A stretch of 64,000 bases of DNA from Mobula hypostoma (lineage: Eukaryota): NCBI RefSeq assembly GCF_963921235.1, contig NC_086097.1:19470001-19534000 (forward strand). Reading direction: 5' to 3'. The stretch's first letter is position 1, and each line of letters begins with the position of its first letter. A model generated the notes under the pieces. That model was not told the origin of the DNA, did not search any database, and was given only the letters and a program-made list of their open reading frames with translations. Below are positions 63,220 to 64,000 of the stretch, in pieces. The translations under genes and the position numbers were made by a program.

Positions 63220-63850
63220 ATTAACATATCAGAGGATCTGTCCTGGGATCTGCACCTAAGTCCCAACACGAAGAAGGCACAACAGCGCTTCTACAGTCTT
63301 GGAGGTTTGTGTGGATTCAGCACGTCACTAAAACCTTGACAAACTTCTATAGATGCACAGCGGAGAGTATCCTGATTGGTTGCACCACAGCCTGGTATGG
63401 AAATGCCAGTGCCCGGGAACACTGATGGAAGTTGCCCAGTTCACCACAGCTGAAGCCCTCTGCACCACTGAGCACCTTTACACAAAGCACTACCACAAGA
63501 AAGCCACACCATCCAGGCCATGCCCTTTTCTCACTAGCACCATCAGGCAAGAAGTACGGAAGCCTTAGGTCCCACACACCTGGGTTCGGGAACCTGCAAC
63601 CATCAAGTTCCTGAACCAAAGTGGATAAGCACATTCACTACTCTGAGCTGATTCTGCGACCTACAGACCAGGTTCGAGCATGCGTTACATCTCATATTAT
63701 TTGTATTTACACAGCTTGTCTTCTTTTGCACATTGGTTGTTTGTCAGTCTTTGTTTCTCTATGGTTTTTCATAAAATTCTATTATATTTTTTCCTATAAA
63801 TGCCTGCAAAAATTGAACCTCAATGTAGTATATGGTAACACGATTTGATT
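63220..63850 (+). mobile_element. Rex1/L2-like LINE 3' fragment
   Basis: HHPGHALFSLAPSGKKYGSLR; gaggatctgtcctggg (EDLSW). Confidence 0.75.
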
Positions 63851-64000
63851 TGGTTCCTTAAGGTTGTTATAGCCAGGGGTGTAGTGGGGATAAGCTCCCA
63901 CTACCTATTAAATGCTCCCAATGGCATGCGGCTCAAATAGTCTCTGACAACCAAATCCAGCTCCTGGCCTTCACACGTGGCCCAGTGGAAGCGTTTCTAC

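Overview
Eukaryotic, repeat-saturated, apparently non-genic DNA. The repeat mix is typical of a cartilaginous fish, probably a ray; this is inferred from the repeat families only. No intact protein-coding gene could be supported, and the long ORFs are decayed retroelement fragments. Contents: CR1, Rex1/Babar-like and RTE LINE remnants, V-domain tRNA-derived SINEs, a rearranged Gypsy element with inverted LTRs and a tRNA-Leu primer-binding site (PBS), two solo LTRs with target-site duplications (TSDs), mariner, Tc1 and hAT MITEs, a tRNA-Ser(AGA) pseudogene, minisatellites and a CTCF-like site. The most notable feature is about 20 Penelope-like terminal repeats, each carrying a minimal type I hammerhead ribozyme motif (cagtc-CTGANGA-stem II-GAAAC-GTH-gactg). 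Five copies keep the catalytic core intact. Several sit in short, young, fold-back (inverted) non-coding insertions with 9-13 bp TSDs. Boundaries of decayed repeats are approximate.
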